From a virus: 64,000 nucleotides of DNA. Location of the stretch: positions 98,692 to 162,691 of the IMG/VR virus record IMGVR_UViG_3300028048_000053; one strand, given 5' to 3'. A program made the position numbers and the translations under genes. Positions 12,051 to 23,166 of this stretch are shown piece by piece (the stretch's first letter is position 1; each line of letters opens with the position of its first letter). The notes below the pieces were generated by a model. The model ran no database searches, had not been told where the DNA came from, and worked only from the letters and a program-made list of their open reading frames with translations.

Positions 12051-12366
12051 AAAATAAATTGAAACCCTATATAGAGATATATAGAAAAAAATCATTTAAA
12101 TTGCGGGAAACCCCTTAGAGCTTTAACAACCAAGTTTAAATAGTAATATTTAAATGGCGAGGGTAATGACTAAGGTATGGTAAAATCGTTAAAGATTGGG
12201 CAATCCGCAGCAAAATTTCGGACAAAAACTACTAATCCATAATATAAAAAATCCGAAAGATGTTCAGAGACTATAATAATGACTTCCTAAATGATGAAGA
12301 GAAGGAAGATGGTATAGTCCAGACTACAACAGAAAAAACTGGCTTAGGAAACTAAGAGTAGTAAAG
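12051..12366 (+). mobile_element. Group I self-splicing intron (316 nt, no internal ORF) interrupting dnaE
   Basis: 5' splice site after U. The internal guide GAAACC at 12061-12066 pairs with the exon end GGUUUU. Conserved elements are P AAUUGCGGGAAA (12098-12110), Q AAUCCGCAGC (12202-12211), R GUUCAGAGACUA (12262-12273) and S AAGAUGGUAUAGUCC (12306-12320). Omega-G lies at 12366. The spliced product gives the conserved GYGFNLSHTLAY junction. Confidence 0.8.
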
Positions 12367-13725
12367 AATTTATCACACACACTTGCGTATTCATTAGTAG
12401 CTCTTCAAGAAATGAATTTAGCTTTTCGATATCCAATCATCTATTGGAATTGCGCTTGTTTGATTGTAAACAGCGGTGGCAATAATGATGAAGAGAATTT
12501 TGATGATGAATCTACAAGTACTGACTATACAAAAATTGCAAAAGCATTAGGCGATACTATCATGGCTGGAATTAAAGTAAGTCTGGTAGATATTAATCGT
12601 TCAGACTTTGGTTTTAAGCCAGATGTTGATAATAACCAAATTCTTTTTGGAATGAAAGCTTTATTAAATGTTAATGATGATGTTGTTAAAGATATAATAG
12701 CTAAACGCCCATATGTTTCAATTAAAGATTTTTATTATAAAGTAAAACCAAAGAAACAAGCTATGATCTCTCTTATTAAGAGCGGCGCTTTTGATAATAT
12801 GATGGAGCGCAAGTTAGCAATGGCTTGGTACATTTGGGAAACTTGTGATAAGAAGAGTCGTTTAACTCTACAGAATTTACCTGGATTAATTCGATATGGT
12901 TTATTACCAGAAGATACTGAAGAAAGAGTAACGGCTAGACGAATTTATGAATTCAATCGGTATCTTAAAGCTGTATGTAAACATAAAGAAAATTCTACTT
13001 GGTATTTCTTAGACGATAGGGCAATAACCTTTTTACAAGAATTGGGATATGATAATTTAATTCAAGAAAATGAATTTCTTGAAATTAAGCCCTGGGATAA
13101 GATTTATCAAGGTTGGATGGATGTTTTTAGAACCTGGATTGCCGCAGATAAAGAAACTATTCTTGATAATTTAAATACTTTAATATTTAAGCAAGAGTGG
13201 GATAAATATGCATCTGGCAATTATTCATCGTGGGAAATGGAAGCCATGTGTTTTTATTATCATGACCATGAGCTAAAGAATATAGACTATCAAAAATATG
13301 GCTTGAGTAATTTCTTTAAACTGCCCACTATTCCAGTAGTAGAAAGAAGTTTTACCAAAGCTGGAAAGGTTATTAATATTTTTGAACTAACTCGTATATG
13401 TGGCACCTGTATTGCAAAGAATAAAAATAAAGGAACGGTATCTTTACTTACTCCGGAAGGAGTTGTAAATGTACGATTTGCTAAGGAATTATTTGCTATG
13501 TTTGATAAACAGCTTTCTGAGGTCCAGGAGGATGGTACCAAGAAGGTTACCGAGCGTAGTTGGTTTAATAGAGGTCAAATGATTATGGTTACGGGTATGC
13601 GGCAAGGCGATGATTTTGTTGTTAAAAAATATGCTTCTACCCCAGGTCATAGATTATATCATATAGACGAAATTATTAATGGAACTGAATTAAGAATGTC
13701 AGTGGAGAGGAATAGCACAGAATGA
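12367..13725 (+). CDS. dnaE: DNA polymerase III alpha (DnaE), exon 2: rest of the fingers, beta-binding region and C-terminal domain
   Basis: In frame 1 from 12367. Begins NLSHTLAYSL... and then IKVSLVDINRSDFGFKPDVDNNQILFGMKAL, which is DnaE-like. Ends with TGA at 13725. Confidence 0.75.
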   Translation, partial: NLSHTLAYSLVALQEMNLAFRYPIIYWNCACLIVNSGGNNDEENFDDESTSTDYTKIAKALGDTIMAGIKVSLVDINRSDFGFKPDVDNNQILFGMKALLNVNDDVVKDIIAKRPYVSIKDFYYKVKPKKQAMISLIKSGAFDNMMERKLAMAWYIWETCDKKSRLTLQNLPGLIRYGLLPEDTEERVTARRIYEFNRYLKAVCKHKENSTWYFLDDRAITFLQELGYDNLIQENEFLEIKPWDKIYQGWMDVFRTWIAADKETILDNLNTLIFKQEWDKYASGNYSSWEMEAMCFYYHDHELKNIDYQKYGLSNFFKLPTIPVVERSFTKAGKVINIFELTRICGTCIAKNKNKGTVSLLTPEGVVNVRFAKELFAMFDKQLSEVQEDGTKKVTERSWFNRGQMIMVTGMRQGDDFVVKKYASTPGHRLYHIDEIINGTELRMSVERNSTE

Positions 13726-14276
13726 GAAAGAATGTTAATGACATAGATGAATGGGTAATATTGGAAGAATTTCCTTCTTATAGTATAAACAGAAAAGGTT
13801 TTGTTAAAAATAACGAAACTGGACATATCAAAATTCCTTCTATGGGAACTAGAGGATATCCTGTGGTGTCCCTTCAAAAAAATAAAAAAACTTATTTAAG
13901 AACAATACATATTTTACTGGGAAGAACCTTTATTTTTAATAACGATCCTATTCATAAAACCTAGATAAATCATATAGATGGAGATAAGGCAAATTATAAT
14001 CTTTCAAATTTAGAATGGGTAACTCCACAAGAAAATAACAATCACGCTAGATGTACTGGTTTATATTTATCAGACGGTGATAAAGCTGTTATACAATTAG
14101 ATCAAAATAATAATATTATTGCCGAATATCGTTCTGCTTCAGAGGCAAGTAGAATTACAGGAATTGGGCGAGCTAATATTTGTAACGTATGTCGTCATTA
14201 TGTTTCTAAAGACAATAGGCATTATTATACAGCAGGAGGTTATAAATGGGAATGGAAAAAAAATATGATGCAATAA
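13722..14276 (+). CDS. HNH homing endonuclease (HNH_3 type with a C-terminal AP2/NUMOD-like DNA-binding region), free-standing
   Basis: EWVILEEFPSYSINRKGFVKN...NHIDGDKANYNLSNLEWVTPQEN. C-terminal GIGRANICNVCR...AGGYKWEW. ATGA overlap with the dnaE stop. One in-frame TAG. Confidence 0.8.
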
Positions 14277-14485
14277 ATCCTTAGCATTATAAAATTGGCG
14301 GCATTGAGTGCATCGACGCACTTGCGGCCGCCACTACCGGGCTGGAAGGAATTGAAGCAGTTTGTACTGCAAATGCCATTAAATATTTGTGGCGTTGGAA
14401 ATATAAAAATGGCCAAGAAGATTTAAAAAAGGCCAAATGGTATATTGACCATCTGATTAAAGAATTGGACAAAAATAGCCAATAA
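14246..14485 (+). CDS. DUF3310-family phage protein
   Basis: NPQHYK..GIECIDA...NAIKYLWRW...DL.KA.WYIDHL pattern. One TAG. Contains a GCGGCCGC motif. Confidence 0.5.
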
Positions 14486-14556
14486 ATCAATAAGAAAAAC
14501 TAAATATAGTGGAATGGCCTTTTTGAAAAAAACTATATTTAGTTAGGAGGATATGT

Positions 14557-16761
14557 ATGTTTGTTAAAAAACGTGATGGACAAAAAGTTATTTTTAATAA
14601 ACAAAAAATTGAAGATGCTATAAATAAAGCTTTTCTTGAAGTAGATGGATAGCTTTATGAAACTGATACCGCAAAAGAAATAGCCGATGAAATAGAAAGC
14701 TTCTATCAGTGCCATAAAATGGAGTAGCCAGATGTTGAAAGTATCCAAGATATGGTTGAAAAATATTTAATGTTGTCTGAACGCAAAGATGTTGCAAAAG
14801 CATATATTCGTTATAGATATAAAAAAGAGATTTTGCGTCAAACAAACCAGACCTATAATAGCATCTTAGATTTAGTCGAATTAAATAACCAAGAAATTAA
14901 AGATGAAAACTCAAATAAAAATCCTATTCAAGCCTCTACTTAGCGAGATTATATCGCTGGCGAGGTGAGTAAGGATGTCACACGCAGGATACTTCTTCCT
15001 TCGGTTGTGCAAGAGGCTCATGACAAAGGACAAATCCATTTTCATGATGCAGATTACTTTATTGAGCACATTTTTAATTGTTGTTTAGTAAATCTTGAAG
15101 ATATGCTGCAAAATGGAACCTGTATTAATAAAACTTTAATCGAAAAACCTCATAGCTTTAGAACAGCTTGTACTATTGCTACTCAAATAATCGCCGTCGT
15201 TGCATCTGGACAATATGGCGGACAATCTATTACCTTGTCACATTTAGCTCCTTTTGTTGATGTTTCTCGAAAAAATATCAGGGCTGAAGTGATAAGAGAA
15301 TTATCGAATTTATTAAAAAGAACTCCAGAAGATGACGAGGTAGAGCCCATTGTAAGAGAACGCCTCTTGCAAGAAATAAAAGATGGTGTTCAAACTATGT
15401 AGTATCAGATTAATACTCTTAATACTTCCAATGGCTAGACTCCGTTCGTAACTGTTTATATGTATTTAGGAGAAGTCCAAGACTCTCAAACCAAAAAGGA
15501 TTTGGCACTTATTATTGAAGAAGTGCTTAAGCAACGAATCCAAGGAGTTAAAAATGAAGTTGGAGTTTGGATTACTCCAGCTTTCCCAAAATTAATTTAT
15601 ACTTTAGAAGAAGATAATATTTATGAAGATTCTCCATATTATTATTTGACTGAACTTGCTGCAAAATGTACAGCGAAGAGAATGGTTCCAGATTATATCA
15701 GTGAAAAAATCATGCTCTAGCTAAAAGGGGATGTTTATCCCTGTATGGGATGTAGATCTTTTTTAACGCCAGATCGTTTTACCGATAAACATATAGGAAA
15801 TATAAGCAACGCAAAGAATTATATCGAAGGTTAGCATAAATATTATGGAAGATTTAACTAGGGCGTAGTTACAATAAATCTAGTAGATGTAGCGTGCTCG
15901 GCTAATGATGAAACAGAATTTTGGAAAATTTTAGATTAGAGACTAGAAATCTGCCATCTAGGACTTCAAGTACGTCATAAGAGATTATTAGGAACTGTCT
16001 CAGATATATCTCCTATTCATTGGTAGTACGGCGCTTTAGCCAGACTAAAAAAAGGAGAAACAATTGATAAATTACTGTATAATGGTTATTCTACTATTTC
16101 ATTAGGATATGCTGGATTATGGGAATGTGTTTATAAAATGACCGGTAAAAAATTAACTGAACCAGAAGGTAAAGAATTTGGTTTATAGGTAATGAAAAAA
16201 TTAAATGATGCTTGCGCCAAATGGAAAGCTGAAGAAAATATAGATTATTCAATTTATGGCACTCCAATTGAATCAACAACCTATAAATTTGCAAAATGCT
16301 TATAGAAACAGTTTGGTATTATACCAGGAGTAACCGATAAACAGTATATCACAAATAGTTATCACATCCATGTGACAGAACCAATTGATGCTTTCTCTAA
16401 AATTGCATTAGAGGCTGAATTTCAAGCTTTAAGTCCAGGAGGCGCAATTACCTATATAGAAGTTCCAAACATGTAGAATAATATTCCTGCTGTTTTAGAG
16501 GTTATGAAATTTATTTATAACCATATAATTTATGCTGAACTAAACACTAAATCAGATTACTGCCAAGTTTGTGGATATGATGGAGAAATAAAAATTGTAA
16601 CAGACGAGGAAACTCAGCGCCTAGTTTGGGAATGTCCTAATTGCGGCAACCGCGATCAAAGTAAGATGAACGTAGCAAGACGAACCTGTGGATATATAGG
16701 ATCCAACTTCTGGAACTAGGGTCGTACCGAAGAGATTGCGGAACGGGTATTGCATTTATGA
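14557..16761 (+). CDS. nrdD: Anaerobic ribonucleoside-triphosphate reductase NrdD (class III RNR) with an N-terminal ATP-cone, and about 14 in-frame TAG codons
   Basis: ATP-cone MFVKKRDGQKVIFNKQKI. C-terminal zinc ribbon CQVCGYDGE...CPNCGN and glycyl-radical motif RRTCGYIGS. All fragments in frame 1. RBS AGGAGG. Confidence 0.85.
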
Positions 16762-17453
16762 AAACATTTTATATTTATCGCCATACAAATCTAATAAATG
16801 GTAAAGTATATATAGGACAAACTTGTCAAAAGCCTGAATATCGCTGGGGTAAAGATGGCAATGGATATAAAAATTCTCCCCATTTTTACGCGGCAATTCA
16901 AGAATATGGATGGGAAAATTTTAAACATGAAATTCTTTATAGTGGTTTAACCCAAAAAGAAGCTAACGATAAAGAACAAGAACTGATACAATTATTTGAT
17001 GCTACAAATCCCGCCCAAGGTTATAACTCTGAATCAGGTGGTAAAAATAAAATTCCTAATCAATATACTAGAGAAAAATAGTCCTAGGCTGCCCTTAATA
17101 GACCTATCGTTTCCGAAGAGACAAAAAGAAAATTATCTAAAGTATCTTTAGGAATTTAGAGAAGTAAAGAAACAAAAGAGAAAATGCGAATTGCAGCCGT
17201 GAGGAGAGAACAAAAACGTTCTACCAAGTCTAGCCCAGTTATATGTATAAATACTGGTCAATATTTCTCTTCATGTCGTAAGGCTGCTGATTGGTGTGGA
17301 TTAGCCGGGGTAAGTGGTATCTGTTTGGTTTGTAAAGGAAAAAAACAGAAAACCGCAGGTGCTCACCCCATAACAAAAGAGAAGTTGTTTTGGAGATATG
17401 CCACACAAGAGGAGATACGATAGCATGAGATATGCAACAATCAAAAAAAATGA
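16758..17453 (+). CDS. GIY-YIG homing endonuclease with NUMOD-like C-terminal repeats
   Basis: YIYRHTNLINGKVYIGQT and following GIY-YIG core residues. C-terminal repeated ETKRKLSKVSLG / ETKEKMRIAAV. Fragments in frame 0. The 3' end depends on TAG read-through and overlaps the nrdG start. Confidence 0.7.
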
Positions 17454-17916
17454 TATTGCAAATGGTGAAGGTATTGGAGTGTCTTTTTTTGTATAGGGAT
17501 GCCCAATAAGATGTTTTAATTGCTTTAATAAAGAAACATGGGATTTTAATGGCGGAAAAGAATTTACTATTGACACATTAACTGAAATTATTGAAGCGAT
17601 AAAAGCAAATGGAATAAATCGCCATTTTAGCGTATTAGGTGGAGAACCCTTATGCCAAGAAAATTTATTTTTAACAGCTTTAGTAATCAAAACCGTTCGA
17701 GAAACATATCCAAATATAAAAATTTATGTGTGGACTGGTTATACCGAAGAACAGCTTCAAAAGCGTACTGATAGTAAATTATCTTATATATTTGAAAATA
17801 TAGATTATTTAATAGCTGGGCCTTATATTGACAGCGAACGCGATATAACGCTCCCCATGTGCGGCAGCCGCAATCAAAAAATCATAAAAATGCATGAGGA
17901 AGATAAAAATGGGTGA
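17425..17916 (+). CDS. nrdG: Anaerobic RNR activating enzyme NrdG (radical SAM)
   Basis: GCPIRCFNCFN cluster (CxxxCxxC). One in-frame TAG. Frame 1. Ends with TGA at 17916. Confidence 0.8.
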
Positions 17917-18430
17917 AACTTTAAAATATATTAAAACATATGATGATTTAAAAAAGTCTAAACTTTTAAAAGAAACTTTATCAGAAGATGACAAGATTTA
18001 TGTCATTGATGAAAACAGAGTATATAGCTATCGGAATGGACGTTTTGTGGTTTAGGAAATAGACAAAACATCCAACGTAGATGTTTCACTCTACGATATA
18101 AATAAGCAAATTATCTCGCAGATGCCAGAAATTACAAAGGAAGAAGCTATAAAAATACTGGATGATTACCAATGGATGCATGCTTCAACTAGTTATTTCG
18201 GTTTTATGAGCTTTGAAAAACATTATTTTACAATTTTTCATAGAACCGAGAATAAACAAGATACTATGTTTGCAGCTATCGCTTTGGATTGTATTCAAAA
18301 TATAGGGCATTTGAAAACATTAAATATAGAAAATGAAACTTTGGAAGTATGGCTTGACATTGGAAATGAAATTTATCAATATCTTATATTCCCATATGAC
18401 GAAGGGATTGTGAATTTTCATGGCTAACTA
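17909..18430 (+). CDS. Hypothetical protein (about 173 aa)
   Basis: ATG 17909 overlaps the nrdG stop. One TAG. Confidence 0.45.
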
Positions 18431-18680
18431 TTTAGTTTGTGATTGCCACTTGTTCTTACCAAGTAAAATCTATAGCGTAATTGATGAAAAAACTCAATTT
18501 TTAGAAAGCAGTTCCCCGGATGAACTAGGCAAAACTTTAGCTATACTTTGCCACGATAATAATTTCCACCAAGTAAAATTTACTGGTAGTAAAACCTTTT
18601 TAAAAAAAGTAATTGCAGATATGCAAGAAGTTGCAATGTGTAAATTTGATTATTATGATATAGAAAGTGAGTATTTATAA
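18420..18680 (+). CDS. Hypothetical protein (86 aa)
   Basis: ORF with start and stop overlapping the flanking genes. Confidence 0.4.
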   Translation: MANYLVCDCHLFLPSKIYSVIDEKTQFLESSSPDELGKTLAILCHDNNFHQVKFTGSKTFLKKVIADMQEVAMCKFDYYDIESEYL

Positions 18681-18943
18681 TGAGTAAGTATGTTGTTAGC
18701 GATACGACCGTTTATAGAGTGGGCACCGTGGCAGAAGTAGAGCAGCTGCACGATGAGCTTTTAGCTGACCCTTCATTTACCCTTGGGGCTTTTAGCTATA
18801 AAACCAAGTATGTAAAGGCCAAGGGCGAAATAATTGATGAATATCAGCTTGTTTCTGCGAAGAAGATTTTCAATGAGGAAAAAGAACCAACAAATCCAGT
18901 AGAGATAACATATACTGTGAAAGAATTCGAGGCGAGTTTTTAA
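18680..18943 (+). CDS. Hypothetical protein (87 aa)
   Basis: ORF with ATGA-type overlaps on both sides. Confidence 0.4.
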   Translation: MSKYVVSDTTVYRVGTVAEVEQLHDELLADPSFTLGAFSYKTKYVKAKGEIIDEYQLVSAKKIFNEEKEPTNPVEITYTVKEFEASF

Positions 18944-19176
18944 TGAAATTTGAAAGAATAACAAAATATCCCGACGCAGTTTTGCCGCAGCGTGGCACAG
19001 CGGGGAGCGCAGGCTATGATTTTTGCGTAGCTGAAGATACTATGTGCTATGTTAATGAAGTAACATATGTTCCAACAGGAATTAAGGCTCAAATCGATGA
19101 CGGTTATTATCTACAACTGTCGTTGAGAAGTTCTGCTCCTAAGAAATATGGAGTTATGCTAGCAAATGGAATCGGT
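18943..19176 (+). CDS. dut: dUTPase exon 1 (motifs 1-2 and the start of motif 3)
   Basis: RGTAGSAGYDF (motif 1) through ...LANGIG. Ends at U 19176. Confidence 0.8.
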
Positions 19177-19418
19177 AGACTATAAACATAACTATGCCGA
19201 TTTAAAACTCCGGAATTAAGCGGGAAGGCTACGTCGAAAGATATGCTAATCCGAACCGAAGGCTAATCAAAGATTAGTCAGGGGCAACGCATAGATGGTG
19301 AAAAGATATAATCCATCCAAGAGGCCGGAGCTATTGCAAAAGCAATAGAAAAGATATGCTGAACTTATAGGAAACTATAAGAACTATTGGATAAAAAGCC
19401 GATAGGATAACAAATTTG
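19177..19418 (+). mobile_element. Probable small group I intron (242 nt) interrupting dut
   Basis: Exon 1 ends in U. The internal guide GCCGAUU (19196-19202) pairs with the exon end AAUCGGU including the U-G wobble. P-, Q- and S-like elements AAUUAAGCGGGAAGG, AAUCCGAACC and AAGAUAUAAUCC are present. Terminal G at 19418. Splicing joins GIG|VVDSDY and restores dUTPase motif 3. Confidence 0.65.
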
Positions 19419-19613
19419 GTAGTTGATTCTGATTACTACAATAACCCAGATAATGAAGGACATATTATGTTTGCTATCTATCCTTTTAAGAATACTATTA
19501 CACTAAAAAAGGGAGACCGTATCGGACAAGGAGTATTTCTTCCATATGCTATCACTGACTCAGATACTGCGGCCGGCGCGCGCACTGGTGGTTTCGGCTC
19601 TACATCATGAGAC
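19419..19613 (+). CDS. dut: dUTPase exon 2 (motifs 3-5)
   Basis: VVDSDYY, GDRIGQ and RTGGFGSTS motifs. Confidence 0.8.
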
Positions 19614-20092
19614 TTTTAGCACTAGACCAAAGTAGCCGCATTACCGGCTACGCGGTGTTTATAGATGATAAGCTTGAAACATATGGAAAAATAGATTTAA
19701 AAGATGACGATATAGGTATTCGCTTAAACTCTCTCCGCGACCAAATCGCCCTGCTAATTATGAATTATGGAATTGATGAAGTCGCTTTTGAAGATATTTA
19801 CATGGACGGATAGAAAATAAACAATGTTTCTACTTTTAAAATATTAGCCGAAGTGTTCGGTGTATGCTATGAATTGTTTACTGATTTAAACATTTCAAAT
19901 ACAGCAGTATTAGCTGGAACGTGGAAATCTACTCTTGGAATAAAAGGAAAAACTCGTCCAGAGCAGAAGAAGGCCGCACAAGAATGGGTTAAGGCAAACT
20001 ACAATGTTGCTCCAACACAAGATGAAGTAGATGCTATTTGTATAGGCGCCCATATTCTTAAAACTAAACAAAAAACCTTTAATTGGCAATAA
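19607..20092 (+). CDS. RuvC-family Holliday junction resolvase
   Basis: MRLLALDQSSRITGYAV N-terminal catalytic motif. One in-frame TAG. Frame 2. Confidence 0.7.
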
Positions 20093-20097
20093 AAAAA

Positions 20098-20135
20098 CGG
20101 GGAAGTGTGATTAATCACACTTCCCCTTAATTTTA
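20098..20135. terminator. Bidirectional rho-independent terminator between the convergent plus and minus gene blocks
   Basis: GGGGAAGTGTGATTAATCACACTTCCCC hairpin with T-runs on both sides. The minus-strand HExxH gene stop lies inside the stem. Confidence 0.6.
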
Positions 20136-20431
20136 TAAAAAATCCTATTGGTAACATCAATAATTTCCCCACCATAAGTCGCAATCAAATCTGCCAATAA
20201 TTCTTCCTAATCAACTGTCATATAGACCTTATAACTAAACATTGCAGCGTGCGTAATCTCATGACAGAGAACTTTTTTGATTTTCCAACATGGAATTTTT
20301 TCACTCATATAGATTGTTTTAGTTTCATTATCACATGAAGCTAGCGCATATTCGCCATTATCTCGTCTAATTTTAGGATGATTGGGAGATACTTTCTTTA
20401 TCTCCCAATCAATTCCATTTATATTAAACAT
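20110..20431 (-). CDS. Putative zinc metallopeptidase (HExxH motif). One TAG.
   Basis: CHEITHAAM motif. ORF 20207-20431 continues through TAG to TAA at about 20110. Confidence 0.45.
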
Positions 20432-21041
20432 TTTGTAGCTTTGTTGCTAAGGTGTTTACTTTTTTCTGCACAACAGCTTTTTCTTCTGGAGACGCATCAG
20501 CTAACATTTCCATCATATCGCTAGTTAATTCTTTCATATAATTTTCCAACTCTTGAATTTTCTTAGCGGAATCTTGATGTGTGGCTTTACTTTCCATATA
20601 CATACGGCGCTTTTGACCACTCCGGCCTTCACGCTCATCCTTCCACATCATAGGATATGGCTCTTCGTAATAGTTACGACTACCAGAGTTTGAGGTTCCG
20701 TTACTACCACCCTGGGAGCTGCCTCCCCCAGAGTTAGAAGTTCCGCTTCCCCCAGAACCGCCATCATTATAGTACATTCTACCCTTCTGGTATTCATCCT
20801 ATCTATCATAGGGATAATAAGGAAGATATTTTTCCATATAGTAGTAGGTACTGCGCTTTTCTTCATTCTCTTTTGCGTCTTCCATAGCGTCGGTTACCGC
20901 GCAGTAATAGCAAGCTTCTGCCAAGTCTTTAATCATATCAATTACTTCGCCAAGTTCTTTAGTATCTACGCAGCGAAGGTCACCCATCTAACCTTCAACT
21001 TGGGTAACTAGCTATTTTTTAATTTGTTTTAAATGTTCCAT
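20424..21041 (-). CDS. Hypothetical protein with a Gly/Ser/Asn low-complexity centre
   Basis: Fragments 20799-20987 and 20424-20777 are joined by TAG in one frame. AGAGGG RBS before ATG 21041. Confidence 0.4.
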
Positions 21042-21468
21042 TACGCCACCCTCTCTATAATTAGATTAGCATTTTGAACATTTACAGGAATTGTACTGGT
21101 GTTTTCAACGCTAATCTGGCTGCAACATCCAATAGGTACATTAATATAAAGACTTGTGCCTACATTGTTATACTAATCAACTGCCGCAGGAGTTGAAATC
21201 ATACTTGAGGTGGCTACTGGCTCTCCGTTGATTGCGATAGCAAGACTAATGGGGCCTACTGTTTCATCAGTAGGCACCGCAATATTAGCACCGAATTCAA
21301 CGAGGAATCTCGCGCGACACTACCCATTGGGCAATCCGCGTAAGCCAACTAATCCACTGCCCTCTCTATGAATCATAGAGCAATTTCCAGAAACTGCTGT
21401 TTCTGTAAATATGACAGCCTAATTTACGGCTACAGTTTGAACCGCATTAGCAGTTATTTCCATCCTCT
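21041..21468 (-). CDS. Hypothetical protein (about 140 aa)
   Basis: Reconstructed through 3 TAG codons. Stop overlaps the next start as TAATG. Confidence 0.3.
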
Positions 21469-21481
21469 ATTAACCTCCTTC

Positions 21482-22288
21482 TTACAGACCGGTATATCCG
21501 TTGCAAACGGGTCCACCGTACATGGCGTTATATCCATAGGTACCAATAGTACCGGTATATGGATTGGCTACCAAATAAGCAGGCTCTGCAGCCGGACGAA
21601 GAGCATTGATGAGATAAGCATTCTGCTCGCTTTGAGAAATCTGTCCTTTAAGAGCTGCATTCTCGGTCTGCAGAGTAGTGATGCGGTCTTGAACTAGGAA
21701 GTCAAGAATCTGGCGAGTATTAGCATTTTGATTGTCAATGACATCGCGTACACCAGTTGTAATAGCCGCGCGGTCAGCGCAAGCCTCGGTAGCAAGATTG
21801 TAGTTGAGAGTTGCGAAGTTAGAATCGATACGGTTCTAGGTCTGGCAACAACAGAGCTGTTCGTCTGCGCTGTGTGCGGCCAGCTGAGCCTGTAGCGCAT
21901 TGGTGTTCTGTAATCCTGCGACTGTACCAGCATTAATGGCTTGGATGGTTTCAAAGCCACTATTGGCAATTTGAGCTTGAGTGCCAGAAAATCCATTTAA
22001 TAAGCTGGTATTGAGATTGTAGAAGCCGTTAGAGGTGCTAGAAGCTAAATCGCGGATACCAGAAGAGACATCATGCATATCAAAGTTATAACCAATATCT
22101 GCGGTTACAGCTCCTCCATTGATGCCATTACCCCAGCCACCGTTGCCCCATCCGCCAAAAGCGAATAGGAATAAAAGAATAATCCACCAGCCACCAAAGC
22201 CGGCGCCATCACCAAACATACCGCCACGATTGCCGCCACTGACAGCAGCAATATCAGATAAACTATAGCCTTCACTTGTGTTAAACAT
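21482..22288 (-). CDS. Gly/Trp-rich membrane protein. TM GGWWIILLFLFAFGGWGNGGWGNG, then a coiled-coil-like tail. Possible lysis or membrane function.
   Basis: ORF 21836-22288 with an AAGGAGG RBS. Continues through TAG to TAA at about 21482. Confidence 0.45.
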
Positions 22289-22563
22289 AAAAAAGTTCCT
22301 CCTTACAAACCTAGCTGCTATTTAAAAGCAGCGAATTCTTTGTCGAAGTCGAGGCCCCTCTATGCACACAAGTTGCGCGCAAAGTTTTCTATCCCCTTTC
22401 CATCATTATTTTGAGCCATGGTGATAAGATTTTGCCCAATTGGAGTATTCCCCATTTGGTTTTGTAGCATATTCATCATCATAGTTTGCGGATTCTAACC
22501 ATTCCGCATTGCTTGAATAAATTGTAGGATACTAGGGTTCATAAGTCCTGAAGCCTCCCTCGA

Positions 22564-22962
22564 TTAAAACTTGAATTCCTTGTTAGAAGTTTGTGATTGA
22601 GTTTGATCAGGACTCTTTTCTACAATATTAGTCTTCGCTAATGCCTAATTCAGTGCGGCCATGGCATTATTAAATTCATCTCTTGTAACATACTATGCTG
22701 ATAGATTTGTTGGATCTGGTGTAACAGGTATCTCTTTTATTTCATACATATTCAACGATGCGGTACCGTCAATGTTGCATTGTTTAGTATAAATTTTCCC
22801 GTTGGCCAAATCGGGAAAGAAAGAGACAGAGCCATCAAAATCTACCGCAGCCGCTCGGACTTCCTCAAGACTTGACACCGGACGACCTTTTAAACCTAAT
22901 ACTTGCTTCGTCATTGTGTTAGCTGTTTGAGGATAATAATAGGGTTGTGATTGATATGGCAT
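22564..22962 (-). CDS. Hypothetical protein (about 132 aa)
   Basis: ORF 22693-22962 extended through 2 TAG codons. Confidence 0.35.
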
Positions 22963-23166
22963 TATTGACTAAACCTCCTTTTACCAAAAATTCCCGGAAA
23001 GATTTACCAAAATTTTTCTTTCCGTGGATATATAATTTTTGTTTTAAATTAATTATCCTACCGTGTCCAAAAATTTCCGGAAAAAATTGGTAGCGGGCGC
23101 TTTTATATAAAACGGTTACCGCAAAAGTCAATTATAAAGGAAAGTAAAAAAGAAAGGGATGATTAA

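Noticed and set aside
9852-12062. The ORF-finder boundaries for DnaE, with a start at TTG 9852 and an end at TGA 12062.
   Set aside because: Starting at 9852 removes the PHP domain that is clearly encoded upstream (AITDH, LHNHTDYS). The TGA at 12060 lies inside the group I intron. The real exon 1 ends at 12050.
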